Shown one piece after another: positions 27,359-36,957 of a DNA stretch of 64,000 nt. The notes under the pieces were generated by a model. The model searched no databases and had not been told where the DNA came from. It saw only the letters and a program-made list of their open reading frames with translations. This stretch comes from an uncultured Gammaproteobacteria bacterium. GTDB taxonomy: Bacteria; Patescibacteriota; Patescibacteriia; Patescibacteriales; UBA12465. The position numbers and the translations under genes were made by a program. Location of the stretch: the NCBI GenBank assembly GCA_964435515.1, contig CAYSZD010000002.1:25042-89041 (forward strand), written 5' to 3'. How positions within the stretch are numbered: position 1 is the first letter of the stretch; the number at the start of each line of letters is the position of its first letter.

Positions 27359-29188
27359 TTATTTATCATCTGAATAAAAACGCCAATCAACTATTTTTAA
27401 CTGTACTGTAGAACGTCCATTAAATTCATTAATATCTAAATAATATACTAAATCAATAATATCACCAGTATGTAATTCTTTATATTTTTCTACACAATTA
27501 AAATCAATAGCCCAAAAAGAATTAGACTGAGGATTATTAGCATCACTTAACCTCAGCTTAAGATGTTGTTTTTCTGCTCCCATAAACACAATATCTTCAA
27601 CCATAAGTGATAAGCTGGCAAAACGAGGCTGAGGATTATTTTGCCCATAAGGAGCTAGGCTGTTTATTTCTTTAACTAAGCTCAAACTTAAATCAGCTAA
27701 ATTCATTTCAGCATCAATCTTTATTTTAGGAGTTAAGATTTCTTCTGTGATGGACTTATTAGCGATTCCTAATAATTTTTCTTTAAATAGTTTTAGTTGT
27801 TCTTCGCTAATTACCGAAAAACCACAAGCCATTGGATGTCCACCATATTTATCTAAGTGTTCTGCACACTCTGTAATGGCGGCAATAAGATTAAAGCCCT
27901 CTAACGACCTACCAGAGCCTTTAAAAGATAATTTATTAGCAGTCATTTCTCCTTTTGCTATATCAGCTCCTGCCTCTTCAATAATACGAGTAACAACTAA
28001 AGTAGGCCGGCTATATTTTTCACAAATTCTACCAGCCACTAATCCAATTACTCCTTCATTCCAAAATTGATCTTCTTTAGCTACGCCAATAATAATAGCC
28101 GGAAGATTATTAGCATCAATTTGCGATTCAACTTGTTTAATAATATCTTCAGTAATCTGTTGACGACTTAAATTACGACGATTAAGCTCTAAGGCTAATT
28201 CTTGTGCTTCTTCTTCATCCTTCGTATTAATTAAGGCAAAAGCGCTATTAGCGTGACCCACTCGACTAGCCGCATTTAATCGCGGTCCTAATTGCCAACC
28301 AACATTCCAAGCTTCCAGTGGCTTGTCTAGTGCAATTCTAGCTATTTTAAATAAAGCCTTAAGTCCTGGTCGTTTATTTTCATTTAAAACAATCAGTCCT
28401 CTTTTCACTAATAATCTATTTTCACCTAAAAGATTAACTAAATCAGCAATAGTACCAACGGCTACTAAATCTAAAGCTCGTTTAGCGATAAGTTCTTTTT
28501 GCTTCACTTCTAGTTTTGACTTTTCTAGTAGAGCGCAAAGTAGTTTATAGGCCACTCCTACCCCAGCTAAATATGGCCAAGGGTAATTATCATTTTTATC
28601 AGCCGGATCTATTGTAGGACAATCAGGCAAGTCTTCAGCTAATTCTGGCAAGACATGATGGTCGGTAATAATAATATCTAAACCAATACTCTTAGCGTAG
28701 TCAACCTCATCTTTATTACGAATACCATTGTCAACGGTGATGATTAATTTAGCTCCTTGTTCGTATAATTCTTTCAAGGCTGGCTTATTTAATCCATAGC
28801 CTTCACTCACTCTGTCAGGCAAATATACTTCTACTTGAGCCTGCAGAGTGCTTAGACCCTCAACTAATACTGAGGCGGAGCTTACGCCATCAGCATCATA
28901 ATCACCATAAATAATAATCTTATTACCCGCTTTTATGTGTCCCACAATTTTTTCCACTGCCGCTTCCATGTTTTTAAATAAAAAAGGACTATAGAAACGT
29001 AAAGACGAATCTGTACTTAAATCTTGCACCAAGGATTCATCTATTTCTTCCTTTAAAAAAGCTTCAATCGCTATTTCAGTTTGAAAACCTCTATTCCAAA
29101 GTAAAGAAATCAATAAAGGAGAAATGGATGTTATTTTTTCTCTAAAATCAATTGGTGGCTGCGGAGCTATTTGCCAAATTTTTTTCAT
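27359..29188 (-). CDS. recJ: Single-stranded-DNA-specific exonuclease RecJ
   Basis: DHH family motifs GDYDADGVSS and IITDHHV, followed by a DHHA1-like region. Confidence 0.9.
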   Translation of the reverse strand: MKKIWQIAPQPPIDFREKITSISPLLISLLWNRGFQTEIAIEAFLKEEIDESLVQDLSTDSSLRFYSPFLFKNMEAAVEKIVGHIKAGNKIIIYGDYDADGVSSASVLVEGLSTLQAQVEVYLPDRVSEGYGLNKPALKELYEQGAKLIITVDNGIRNKDEVDYAKSIGLDIIITDHHVLPELAEDLPDCPTIDPADKNDNYPWPYLAGVGVAYKLLCALLEKSKLEVKQKELIAKRALDLVAVGTIADLVNLLGENRLLVKRGLIVLNENKRPGLKALFKIARIALDKPLEAWNVGWQLGPRLNAASRVGHANSAFALINTKDEEEAQELALELNRRNLSRQQITEDIIKQVESQIDANNLPAIIIGVAKEDQFWNEGVIGLVAGRICEKYSRPTLVVTRIIEEAGADIAKGEMTANKLSFKGSGRSLEGFNLIAAITECAEHLDKYGGHPMACGFSVISEEQLKLFKEKLLGIANKSITEEILTPKIKIDAEMNLADLSLSLVKEINSLAPYGQNNPQPRFASLSLMVEDIVFMGAEKQHLKLRLSDANNPQSNSFWAIDFNCVEKYKELHTGDIIDLVYYLDINEFNGRSTVQLKIVDWRFYSDDK

Positions 29189-29194
29189 AGAGAA

Positions 29195-29293
29195 TTAGAA
29201 AAAAGTAGCACCAAAGGTGAATATAATCATTGAGAGAATAATAATTATTGACATAATCGTCCAAGCTGTTTTAACAAGTTTCTTTTTTTTCAT
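29195..29293 (-). CDS. Possible 32-aa membrane peptide
   Basis: MKKKKLVKTAWTIMSIIIILSMIIFTFGATFF*, a Lys-rich N-terminus plus one TM helix. It fills the lepA-recJ gap. No clear Shine-Dalgarno, and it is below the ORF-track size cutoff. Confidence 0.3.
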   Translation of the reverse strand: MKKKKLVKTAWTIMSIIIILSMIIFTFGATFF

Positions 29294-29303
29294 AAATTAA
29301 AAA

Positions 29304-31109
29304 TTATCTTTTCAAAATTTTAACAAAAGTATCAGGTGGAATATCAACACTTCCCTTGCCGGCTGCCATCATTTTCTTTTTCCCCTTTTTTTGTTTTTCT
29401 AAAAGTTTACGTTTTCTAGTAACATCTCCTCCGTATAATTTAGCCGTTACATCTTTTCTCATAGCTGATAATCTTTCAGCTGCTACCACCTTAGCACCAA
29501 CCGCTGCTTGAATTTTTAAAGCAAACATTTGACGATCTAAAGTATTTTTCAAAATTTCTACGATTGCTTTCCCTTCTCGATAGGCATCATCACGATAGAC
29601 AATGCTGGCTAAGGACTCTACTATTTCTTCAGCTACTAAAATATCAAGTTTAACTACATCAGCCACACGATAATCTAGATAATCATAGTTAATCGAAGCA
29701 TAACCTGCGGAAACACTTTTTATCTTATCATAAAAATCAGTTAAAATAGCTGACAAAGGCATGTCATAATGCAAAATGGCCCTGGCTTCAGCGCTACCAG
29801 CAGAAATGTATTCAGTATTTTTATATACTCCTCTCTTTTCTTGGGCCAAGCCCATAATATTACCAATGTATTCTTGAGGCGATAATATATCTAAACGTAC
29901 CCATGGTTCTTCAATACGTTCAATTTCATTTAAATCTGGTAAACGTTGAGGGGTTCTCACTATTATTTCTTCACCATTAGCTTTTAATACTTTATAGGCA
30001 ACACTAGGAACAGTAACAATAAGATCTAATCCGTATTCCCTTCTTAATCTTTCTTGAAAAATTTCTAAATGCAATAATCCTAAAAAACCACAACGAAAAC
30101 CAAAGCCCAAGGCATCTGACCTCTCTGGCTCATATGACAAAGACGAATCGTTTAGCTTCAACTTTTCCATGGCTTCTCGTAAATCTTCCAAGTCGTCACC
30201 TTCTCGAGGAAAAACACCAGCAAAAACCATTGGCTTTACCTCTTTATAGCCCTCTAAAGGATTAAGCTCAAACCTATTTGCTCCTGCTGCTACAGTATCG
30301 CCTACGCGACAATCGCCAACTTGTTTAAAGCCAGTTACAATATATCCTATACCTCCAACTGATAGAGAACCAGTAGAATGATAGGCAGGGGTAAAAACAC
30401 CAATATCTAATGTTTCGCTTTTGGCTTTAGTGGCTAATAAATAGATTGAATCACCTTTTTTAATTTCTCCTTCAAAAACACGAATAAAAGCAACCACTCC
30501 TTTATACTCATCATATTTAGAATCAAATATTAGTGCTCTTGTGCCAACCGATTCTTGAGTTTTAGGTGCTAAACCACGACTAATCACTGCCTCTAATATT
30601 TCCGCTACACCCTCCCCTGTTTTACCTGAAGCTGATAAAATTTCATCTTCGGGGCAACCCAGCAAACGACTAATTTCAGCCTTAGTTTTTGGTACATCCG
30701 CAGCTGGCAAATCAATCTTATTAACCACTGGGATAATAGTTAAATCTTGTTCTAGGGCTAAATATAGATTAGCTAGAGTCTGCGCTTGGATTCCTTGAGT
30801 AGAGTCAACTAATAAAATAGCAGTTTCAACAGCCGCTAAAGAACGTGAAACTTCATAAGAAAAATCTACATGACCAGGCGTATCAATTAAATTTAATTGA
30901 TAGCCATTATAAGACATAGTAGCTGGCTGCAATTTAATAGTGATACCCCTTTCTCTTTCAATATCCATGCCGTCTAAAATCTGATCTTTCATGTTTCTTT
31001 TATCAACCGTGTTGGTAATTTCAAGCATACGGTCAGCCAAAGTTGACTTACCGTGATCAATATGCGCTAAAATAGCAAAATTCCTTATTTTACCAATATC
31101 TTGAGACAT
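29304..31109 (-). CDS. lepA: Translation elongation factor 4 (LepA)
   Basis: IRNFAILAHIDHGKSTLADR G1 motif, DTPGHVDF, NKIDL, and a LepA-specific C-terminal domain. Confidence 0.95.
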   Translation of the reverse strand: MSQDIGKIRNFAILAHIDHGKSTLADRMLEITNTVDKRNMKDQILDGMDIERERGITIKLQPATMSYNGYQLNLIDTPGHVDFSYEVSRSLAAVETAILLVDSTQGIQAQTLANLYLALEQDLTIIPVVNKIDLPAADVPKTKAEISRLLGCPEDEILSASGKTGEGVAEILEAVISRGLAPKTQESVGTRALIFDSKYDEYKGVVAFIRVFEGEIKKGDSIYLLATKAKSETLDIGVFTPAYHSTGSLSVGGIGYIVTGFKQVGDCRVGDTVAAGANRFELNPLEGYKEVKPMVFAGVFPREGDDLEDLREAMEKLKLNDSSLSYEPERSDALGFGFRCGFLGLLHLEIFQERLRREYGLDLIVTVPSVAYKVLKANGEEIIVRTPQRLPDLNEIERIEEPWVRLDILSPQEYIGNIMGLAQEKRGVYKNTEYISAGSAEARAILHYDMPLSAILTDFYDKIKSVSAGYASINYDYLDYRVADVVKLDILVAEEIVESLASIVYRDDAYREGKAIVEILKNTLDRQMFALKIQAAVGAKVVAAERLSAMRKDVTAKLYGGDVTRKRKLLEKQKKGKKKMMAAGKGSVDIPPDTFVKILKR

Positions 31110-31207
31110 TTTTTATCAAATAATAAATAAATATAATTAATAGAAGCCTAAACTTCTATTTCGTTAAACTACAATAACATCAATTTAGACTTTGAGCAAG
31201 ATACAAA

Positions 31208-32842
31208 TTATAAAGTTCTAAGCTCATCCTGCCCACTAACTTTAGCTTTTTTCCAAGGTAAACGTCCGCGTAAAACCCGTAAAACAGAAATTAATTCTTC
31301 ACTTTGAAATAAATAACAAAAAACCAGATAAGTAAAAGCTCCACCACTCCCAGCTACAATTAACTGAGTCAAGACCCCTGCAAAAGTGGTCATATCTATA
31401 AAAGGCCAAATAACTACTTTCAAAATTTGCACCATTGCTCCAGCAGCAATAGCAGCAGCTGCGAACTTAAATACGGACATAAATATCTTTGATACATCTA
31501 TAGCTCCTATCTGACGATGTAACGCAATCCACAAAAAAATAAAATTTAAAATTGAACCAATAGAGAAAGCTAAAGCTAAACCAGCTACCCCTAAAGATGG
31601 CCTCAATAAAAAGGCAAAGCTAATATTCACTACAACAGACACTAATCCTAAAATAAAAGGCGTCCAAGAATCTCGACGAGCATAAAAAACTCTCACTAAA
31701 AGTGGCACTGATGCTTGAGCAAAGAGACTCAAAGCAAAAAAACCTAAAGTATCTATTGTCATTACAGTATCTTGCCAATTAAAAGCACCGCTACCTAAAA
31801 CAACCCTAATAAGTTGAGCTCTAAGAGTAATAATTAGAACTGAAGCTGGAATAATGAAAAAAAGAATTTGCCTTAAAGTAGAAGAAAAACGTTTTTTTAA
31901 CACCTCTAAATTATTAGCATTTTCAGATAAGAAAGGAAAAGCGGCCACGGCAAAGGAAATACCAAAAACCCCTAAAGGAAAAGATTGTAAATTATTAGCT
32001 AAATTAAAAACAGTCAGAGAACCAGCTGTTAAAGCAGAAGCTAAAACAGTCATAGCCACTAAATTAATCTGACTAACAGCCAAAGACATCATTCTTGGCC
32101 CCATCATTCTTGCAATTTGACGTAAAGAATTATCTTTCCAATTTAAATAAACTCTATAACGAAAACCTAAATTCCAAATAGCTGGTACTTGAATTAAAAA
32201 ATGCAAGAAAGCGCCTAAGACTACACCCCAAGCTAAACCCATTAAACCAAAATAATCAGTTAGATATAAAGCTCCTATAATTATCCCTAAATTATAAAAA
32301 ATAGGTGCTAGTGAATAAATAAAAAAACGCTTATAACTCTGCAATACTCCTCCTAAAACCCCAGACATACCTAAAAATAAAGGCGATAGGAACATAATTC
32401 TGGTAAGCATGACTGTTTGCGCTTTCGCCTCAAGGCTAAAACCAGGCGCTAACCAATTAGTTAAAGGGACGGCAAAAATAATACCAATCAAAGATAAAAA
32501 TAAAATTAAAAATAATAAAGAATTAAATACATTTAAAACTAAAGTATTTAATTCCACATTATTACTTTCCTTATTGTCTCTATTTTTCTTTATTAAAGCA
32601 GAAAAAACTGGAATAAATCCCGCCGATAACGCCCCCATCACAACTAAACTATATATAAAGTCAGGAATTCTAAAAGCAGCAAAATAAATATCTAGCTCCA
32701 CTCCAGCACCAAAACTCCCAGCTAAAATATGGTCTCTAACTACCCCTAAAACTCTAGACGCAACCGACAAAAGCGCCACCAAAGCAGCGGCGGCAGTAAT
32801 ATTATCTATTGGCTTAGTAATTAACTTTTTCAAAAATACCAT
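31208..32842 (-). CDS. murJ: Lipid II flippase MurJ/MviN family
   Basis: 544 aa with ~14 TM helices. N-terminus SRVLGVVRDHILAGSFGAG...DIYFAAFRIPDF is characteristic of MurJ. Confidence 0.85.
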   Translation of the reverse strand: MVFLKKLITKPIDNITAAAALVALLSVASRVLGVVRDHILAGSFGAGVELDIYFAAFRIPDFIYSLVVMGALSAGFIPVFSALIKKNRDNKESNNVELNTLVLNVFNSLLFLILFLSLIGIIFAVPLTNWLAPGFSLEAKAQTVMLTRIMFLSPLFLGMSGVLGGVLQSYKRFFIYSLAPIFYNLGIIIGALYLTDYFGLMGLAWGVVLGAFLHFLIQVPAIWNLGFRYRVYLNWKDNSLRQIARMMGPRMMSLAVSQINLVAMTVLASALTAGSLTVFNLANNLQSFPLGVFGISFAVAAFPFLSENANNLEVLKKRFSSTLRQILFFIIPASVLIITLRAQLIRVVLGSGAFNWQDTVMTIDTLGFFALSLFAQASVPLLVRVFYARRDSWTPFILGLVSVVVNISFAFLLRPSLGVAGLALAFSIGSILNFIFLWIALHRQIGAIDVSKIFMSVFKFAAAAIAAGAMVQILKVVIWPFIDMTTFAGVLTQLIVAGSGGAFTYLVFCYLFQSEELISVLRVLRGRLPWKKAKVSGQDELRTL

Positions 32843-32867
32843 ATTTAATGATTAAAATTTAATTATA

Positions 32868-34448
32868 TTATTCTTTCTCCTTCTCGTAAAGTTTCTTTAA
32901 ATAAAAAGAAGCCTGCTGGTTATATGGATTAATTGATAATATTTTTTGCCAAAGCACCTTAGCGTTACTATAATCTCCTTCTAAATAATATATTTGTCCT
33001 AAATTTAATAAAGCTAAATCATAATTTGGATTTAATTCTAATTCTCTCTTTAAAAATCTTTCTGCTTCCTGATATTCCTCTCTTTCCATATAAATAACAG
33101 CAATATTATTATTAGCCATGGGCTCATTAGGATTAATTTCTAAAGCTTTTTTAGCATATAACTCGGCCTCAAAAAAACGTTGATCAAGATAATACATTGC
33201 CCCTAAATTACGTTGTACTAAAGCTGAATGTGGGGAGCTAATAGCCGCTTGTTCCCAAAAAGATATTTTATTTTTAAAATGACGACTATAACTAAAGCTC
33301 AAAACAGCTAAAAAAATAATAATTAGACTAGAAATTATATATATAATTTTATTAGACTTAATAAATTTTTTTGATATTTGTATTTGCGCTAAGATAATTA
33401 AAACACCAAACATTCCTACATATATACGATGCTCCATGAAATTTTGAGCTTCTATGCCGTCCGGACGAACAGAAGAAAACATTAAAAACAACCAAAACCA
33501 CAAAAAACCAAACACACTAGGCCAAATAGTACGAGGACGACTGATAATAAGAAGGGATAACAAAATAAACAAAGCTATTATTCCATAAATAAAATTTACA
33601 TCAGCTATAACCGAATATACCGAAAGATTAAATGGATAAAATATTTTAGAGAAAAATACCAAGGGTGAAGTAATATTATCCCACAAAGAACTAAAGGTAC
33701 TACCCAAAGATTGCGGCAAAATAACTAAACTACGAATTAAATACCAAAGTAATCCACTAGTAATGGCAACAGCGGCGGCTATAAATATTTTAGTTTTACC
33801 AAAATATTCCCTCCTAAAAATAAAAGCCCAAAATAAAGCAAATGGAGCCACTAAAACTGCACTTTCTTTAGTTAAGAGAGCTAATAAAAATGTAATTCCT
33901 AAAAAAATTAAATCTCTTATTTTTTCAAATTGCAAAAAACGACTAAAAAAGATTATAGCACTGAAAATAAAAATAGCTGCTAAAGAATCATTACGACCCG
34001 GTACCCAAGCCACTGCCTGACTAACGACTGGATGTAAAGCAAATAATAAAGCAAGAAAAAAAGCTTTTTCCTTATTTATTTTAGATAGCATTAACAGATA
34101 AAATAATAAACAAACCGCAATAAAGTGATATATTAAATTAGAAAAATGAAAAAAATGAATATTAGCACCACCTAAATGCCAATCTAAAACAAAAGACCAA
34201 GTTAAAATTGGCCGATAATAAAAACTATTAGTCGGACTAAAAAAAACATCATTAAAAAATATTTCCTCCGCATTAGCTCTATCTAGAATATCAGCGTGTT
34301 GTAAAATTAGTTGTTGATCATCTAAATAGCTATAGTCATAACTAATAGTACGACCATAAATTGCAAAAATTAATACAAAAAATAATAGATATGGCGCCCA
34401 TGAATAGCTATGAAAAAAATATTTAATTTTTTTAAATGTTTTAAGCAC
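32868..34448 (-). CDS. Polytopic membrane glycosyltransferase-like protein with C-terminal TPR repeats (TMTC/PMT-like)
   Basis: N-terminal multi-TM region with a YLDDQ...YYRPILTWSF...FHFSNLIYH pattern. C-terminus has ~4 TPR units (ALEINPNEPMANNNIAVIY...). Confidence 0.7.
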   Translation of the reverse strand: MLKTFKKIKYFFHSYSWAPYLLFFVLIFAIYGRTISYDYSYLDDQQLILQHADILDRANAEEIFFNDVFFSPTNSFYYRPILTWSFVLDWHLGGANIHFFHFSNLIYHFIAVCLLFYLLMLSKINKEKAFFLALLFALHPVVSQAVAWVPGRNDSLAAIFIFSAIIFFSRFLQFEKIRDLIFLGITFLLALLTKESAVLVAPFALFWAFIFRREYFGKTKIFIAAAVAITSGLLWYLIRSLVILPQSLGSTFSSLWDNITSPLVFFSKIFYPFNLSVYSVIADVNFIYGIIALFILLSLLIISRPRTIWPSVFGFLWFWLFLMFSSVRPDGIEAQNFMEHRIYVGMFGVLIILAQIQISKKFIKSNKIIYIISSLIIIFLAVLSFSYSRHFKNKISFWEQAAISSPHSALVQRNLGAMYYLDQRFFEAELYAKKALEINPNEPMANNNIAVIYMEREEYQEAERFLKRELELNPNYDLALLNLGQIYYLEGDYSNAKVLWQKILSINPYNQQASFYLKKLYEKEKE

Positions 34449-34456
34449 AATAATTA

Positions 34457-35170
34457 TTAATTACGAAAACCAAAGAGATATGCAATAGCTAGGCCAAGGG
34501 TTTGAAAACCATAACGCAAGCTTCTTTTAAAATTAATAGAAGAAGCTTCTTGAAAATATCTCACCGGCACAGGTATTTCTCCTATCCTCCATGAACGAGC
34601 AACTATTTGAAATAGAACCTGAGAATCAAAAACAAAATCATTGCTAGTAGCTTTTAAATTTAAGCTCATCAATACTTCTTTTGAATAAGCACGCATACCA
34701 GTGTGCCATTCAGATAAATTTTGACCCGTACTTAAATTTTCAATAAAACTTAAAAAACGATTAGCATAATATTTATAAGCTGGCATGCCGCCGTTTAAAG
34801 CTTCCCGGCGACTACGAATACGAGAGCCAAGCATAACATCAAAATAATCATCAGCGATAAACTCAGCAAAATAAGTAACTAAACGAGGGTCATATTGATA
34901 ATCAGGATGAACCATAACTACAATATCAGCCCCCCTTTCTAAAGCCAAACGATAGCAAGTCTTTTGATTGGCTCCATAACCCTCATTCTTCTCATGTTGA
35001 AAAACAGTTAAGCCTAATTCCCTAGCCAGAGCCACAGTGTCATCATGACTTGCATCATCGACTAATATTTTTTCATCAACAAAACCTGGCAAATCTAAAA
35101 TTGTTTTTTTTAAAGTAGCTGCAGCATTATAAGCTGGCAATACTACAATAATCTTTTTATTAGCGTACAT
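34457..35170 (-). CDS. Family 2 glycosyltransferase (polyprenol-phosphate sugar transferase-like)
   Basis: IIVVLPAYNAAATL, VDDASHDDT, and the DxD-type region HPDYQYDP. Start is taken at MYANKK. Confidence 0.85.
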   Translation of the reverse strand: MYANKKIIVVLPAYNAAATLKKTILDLPGFVDEKILVDDASHDDTVALARELGLTVFQHEKNEGYGANQKTCYRLALERGADIVVMVHPDYQYDPRLVTYFAEFIADDYFDVMLGSRIRSRREALNGGMPAYKYYANRFLSFIENLSTGQNLSEWHTGMRAYSKEVLMSLNLKATSNDFVFDSQVLFQIVARSWRIGEIPVPVRYFQEASSINFKRSLRYGFQTLGLAIAYLFGFRN

Positions 35171-35342
35171 ATAAAATAAGGCTAAAAGCACTAATTAACC
35201 AAATAAAAAATAAAATACCAACATTAAAATATAATAAAAATAAACCCGGAACTATTAATTCCGTTACACCACCTATCAACAAAAGAGCGGTCATGAAATA
35301 GAAAAAAGCATTTACAAAAGACTTAATAAAACTAGCTGACAT
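35160..35342 (-). CDS. Small two-TM membrane protein
   Basis: MSASFIKSFVNAFFYFMTALLLIGG...; the start just follows the upstream stop. The longer track ORF (to 35420) overlaps the preceding gene. Confidence 0.4.
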   Translation of the reverse strand: MSASFIKSFVNAFFYFMTALLLIGGVTELIVPGLFLLYFNVGILFFIWLISAFSLILYVR

Positions 35343-35349
35343 TATTTTT

Positions 35350-36852
35350 TTATACTTTTTCTTCATTATAATCATATTTAAATAGAATTGATTTAAGTTT
35401 CTGCCATAAACTAGGTCCATAATATTTAATTTTAATATCTTTTATCTCCATTAAGCCGCCCGCTCCTTCGTTTAACTTTAAACCAGGAATTGATAAAATT
35501 AAATTATAATGTCCATTTTCACGATACAAATCGCTAGCCTTAAAACTAACAACACTACGTTGCCAAGCGTCATCCAATAATTCAGCCGATTTATAATTTG
35601 CCAAAATATATTCTATATTTTTATTCTGAAAAGTGAAACGATCAAGTTGAGGATAGTTAGGATTTAACATATTTTCAGCCTCAGCGCTAAAAACACCACT
35701 ATTTTCCAAAATCAAGCCTCCATGTTCTAAGGCTATTTTTTTATCTTGATTATTATTTTGCACTTCATACTGCTTATAGATTTCCGACACAGCAACTTTC
35801 TCTTCACCAAACCCTAAAGTTTGATATGATAATGGACTTAAACTTTTAATCTGCAGATAATTAGCATCTGTAATTAAATTAATTTCAGTCGTGCTAATAG
35901 GCCATATCTTATTAATAAAACTTAAATAATTTGAATTAACTGATAAATTTTGTACCACTATATCATCGCTACTTCTAATTTCTATTTTATATAAAGCTGG
36001 ATTTAAATTAAATTGAATAAAATCAAACTTTTTAGCCAAGCTCTGATTAGCACTTAACTCTTGCTCAGCCCTATCATCAATAATTTTTAAATTAGCAACC
36101 TGCTTTGAACCATCAAACAAGATAATTTCTAAATCATCTAAATCTTTGTTCTCATTTAAATCATAAAATTCTCCACTAAGCTCTAATTTAGAATTATCTA
36201 AATATACATAAAACTGATGAGAGCCTCTTAAACTATAAGGAAAAGTAGTAGTTGTGGTCTGTTTTTTCAACGAGTCTGAATCTAAGCGTGCTTGTAAAAT
36301 ATCACTGTTTACATTATATAGAAGCAAATTATCAGTCGGATTATTACTAGCTTGATCATTTAAAAATTCTGCTATTGATTTAAAATTATTAGATTTTTGA
36401 TATAACTTCAAATCACCATCGCTTATAAGCTCCCAATCTGACACTAATTTCTCTAAATATAAATTGTAAACTGGTTCTAAACGATAGCGCCATAATTTTG
36501 CATCAGCTAAAAAACCAATTTCAAAGATAGGCTTAGACTTTGTTAAATAAGGACGATAGATAATTTCTAATTCAATATTTTGAAAAGGACGGGGGCTAAA
36601 AACAGAAAAATATAAAGGGTCAGCCAACATCAACAAGCTACCTTCTGACGAAAATGCATACCTTTCTGAAGGAGAGGGGCTACCTAAGCAATCTGAAGAA
36701 ACGTATTTTAACAACTTATTATTATCAAAAGACTGATGACAAGACCAAGCACCACTAGGGGCCAACCACTCATTAAACAAAAAAAGAATAATCAACAACA
36801 AAAGAATGAAAAAAAATATGCTAATTTTAGGTATTTTTGATAATAATTTCAT
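35350..36852 (-). CDS. Membrane-anchored protein of unknown function (500 aa)
   Basis: N-terminal TM helix (ISIFFFILLLLIILFLF) and a large extracytoplasmic body. It is the first gene of a four-gene string with GT2 and the TPR-GT-like protein. Confidence 0.7.
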   Translation of the reverse strand: MKLLSKIPKISIFFFILLLLIILFLFNEWLAPSGAWSCHQSFDNNKLLKYVSSDCLGSPSPSERYAFSSEGSLLMLADPLYFSVFSPRPFQNIELEIIYRPYLTKSKPIFEIGFLADAKLWRYRLEPVYNLYLEKLVSDWELISDGDLKLYQKSNNFKSIAEFLNDQASNNPTDNLLLYNVNSDILQARLDSDSLKKQTTTTTFPYSLRGSHQFYVYLDNSKLELSGEFYDLNENKDLDDLEIILFDGSKQVANLKIIDDRAEQELSANQSLAKKFDFIQFNLNPALYKIEIRSSDDIVVQNLSVNSNYLSFINKIWPISTTEINLITDANYLQIKSLSPLSYQTLGFGEEKVAVSEIYKQYEVQNNNQDKKIALEHGGLILENSGVFSAEAENMLNPNYPQLDRFTFQNKNIEYILANYKSAELLDDAWQRSVVSFKASDLYRENGHYNLILSIPGLKLNEGAGGLMEIKDIKIKYYGPSLWQKLKSILFKYDYNEEKV

Positions 36853-36911
36853 AATATTTATTACTATCTCTATTATACTAAGATTACAGATAAATTAACA
36901 GTCTAACAAAC

Positions 36912-36946
36912 AAAAAATCTCTTCCAATTAAGAAGAGATTTTTTTA
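36912..36946 (-). terminator. Rho-independent terminator after rpoC
   Basis: AATCTCTTC (36916-36924) pairs with GAAGAGATT (36932-36940), followed by a T-run on the minus strand. Confidence 0.6.
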
Positions 36947-36957
36947 TAAACATTATT

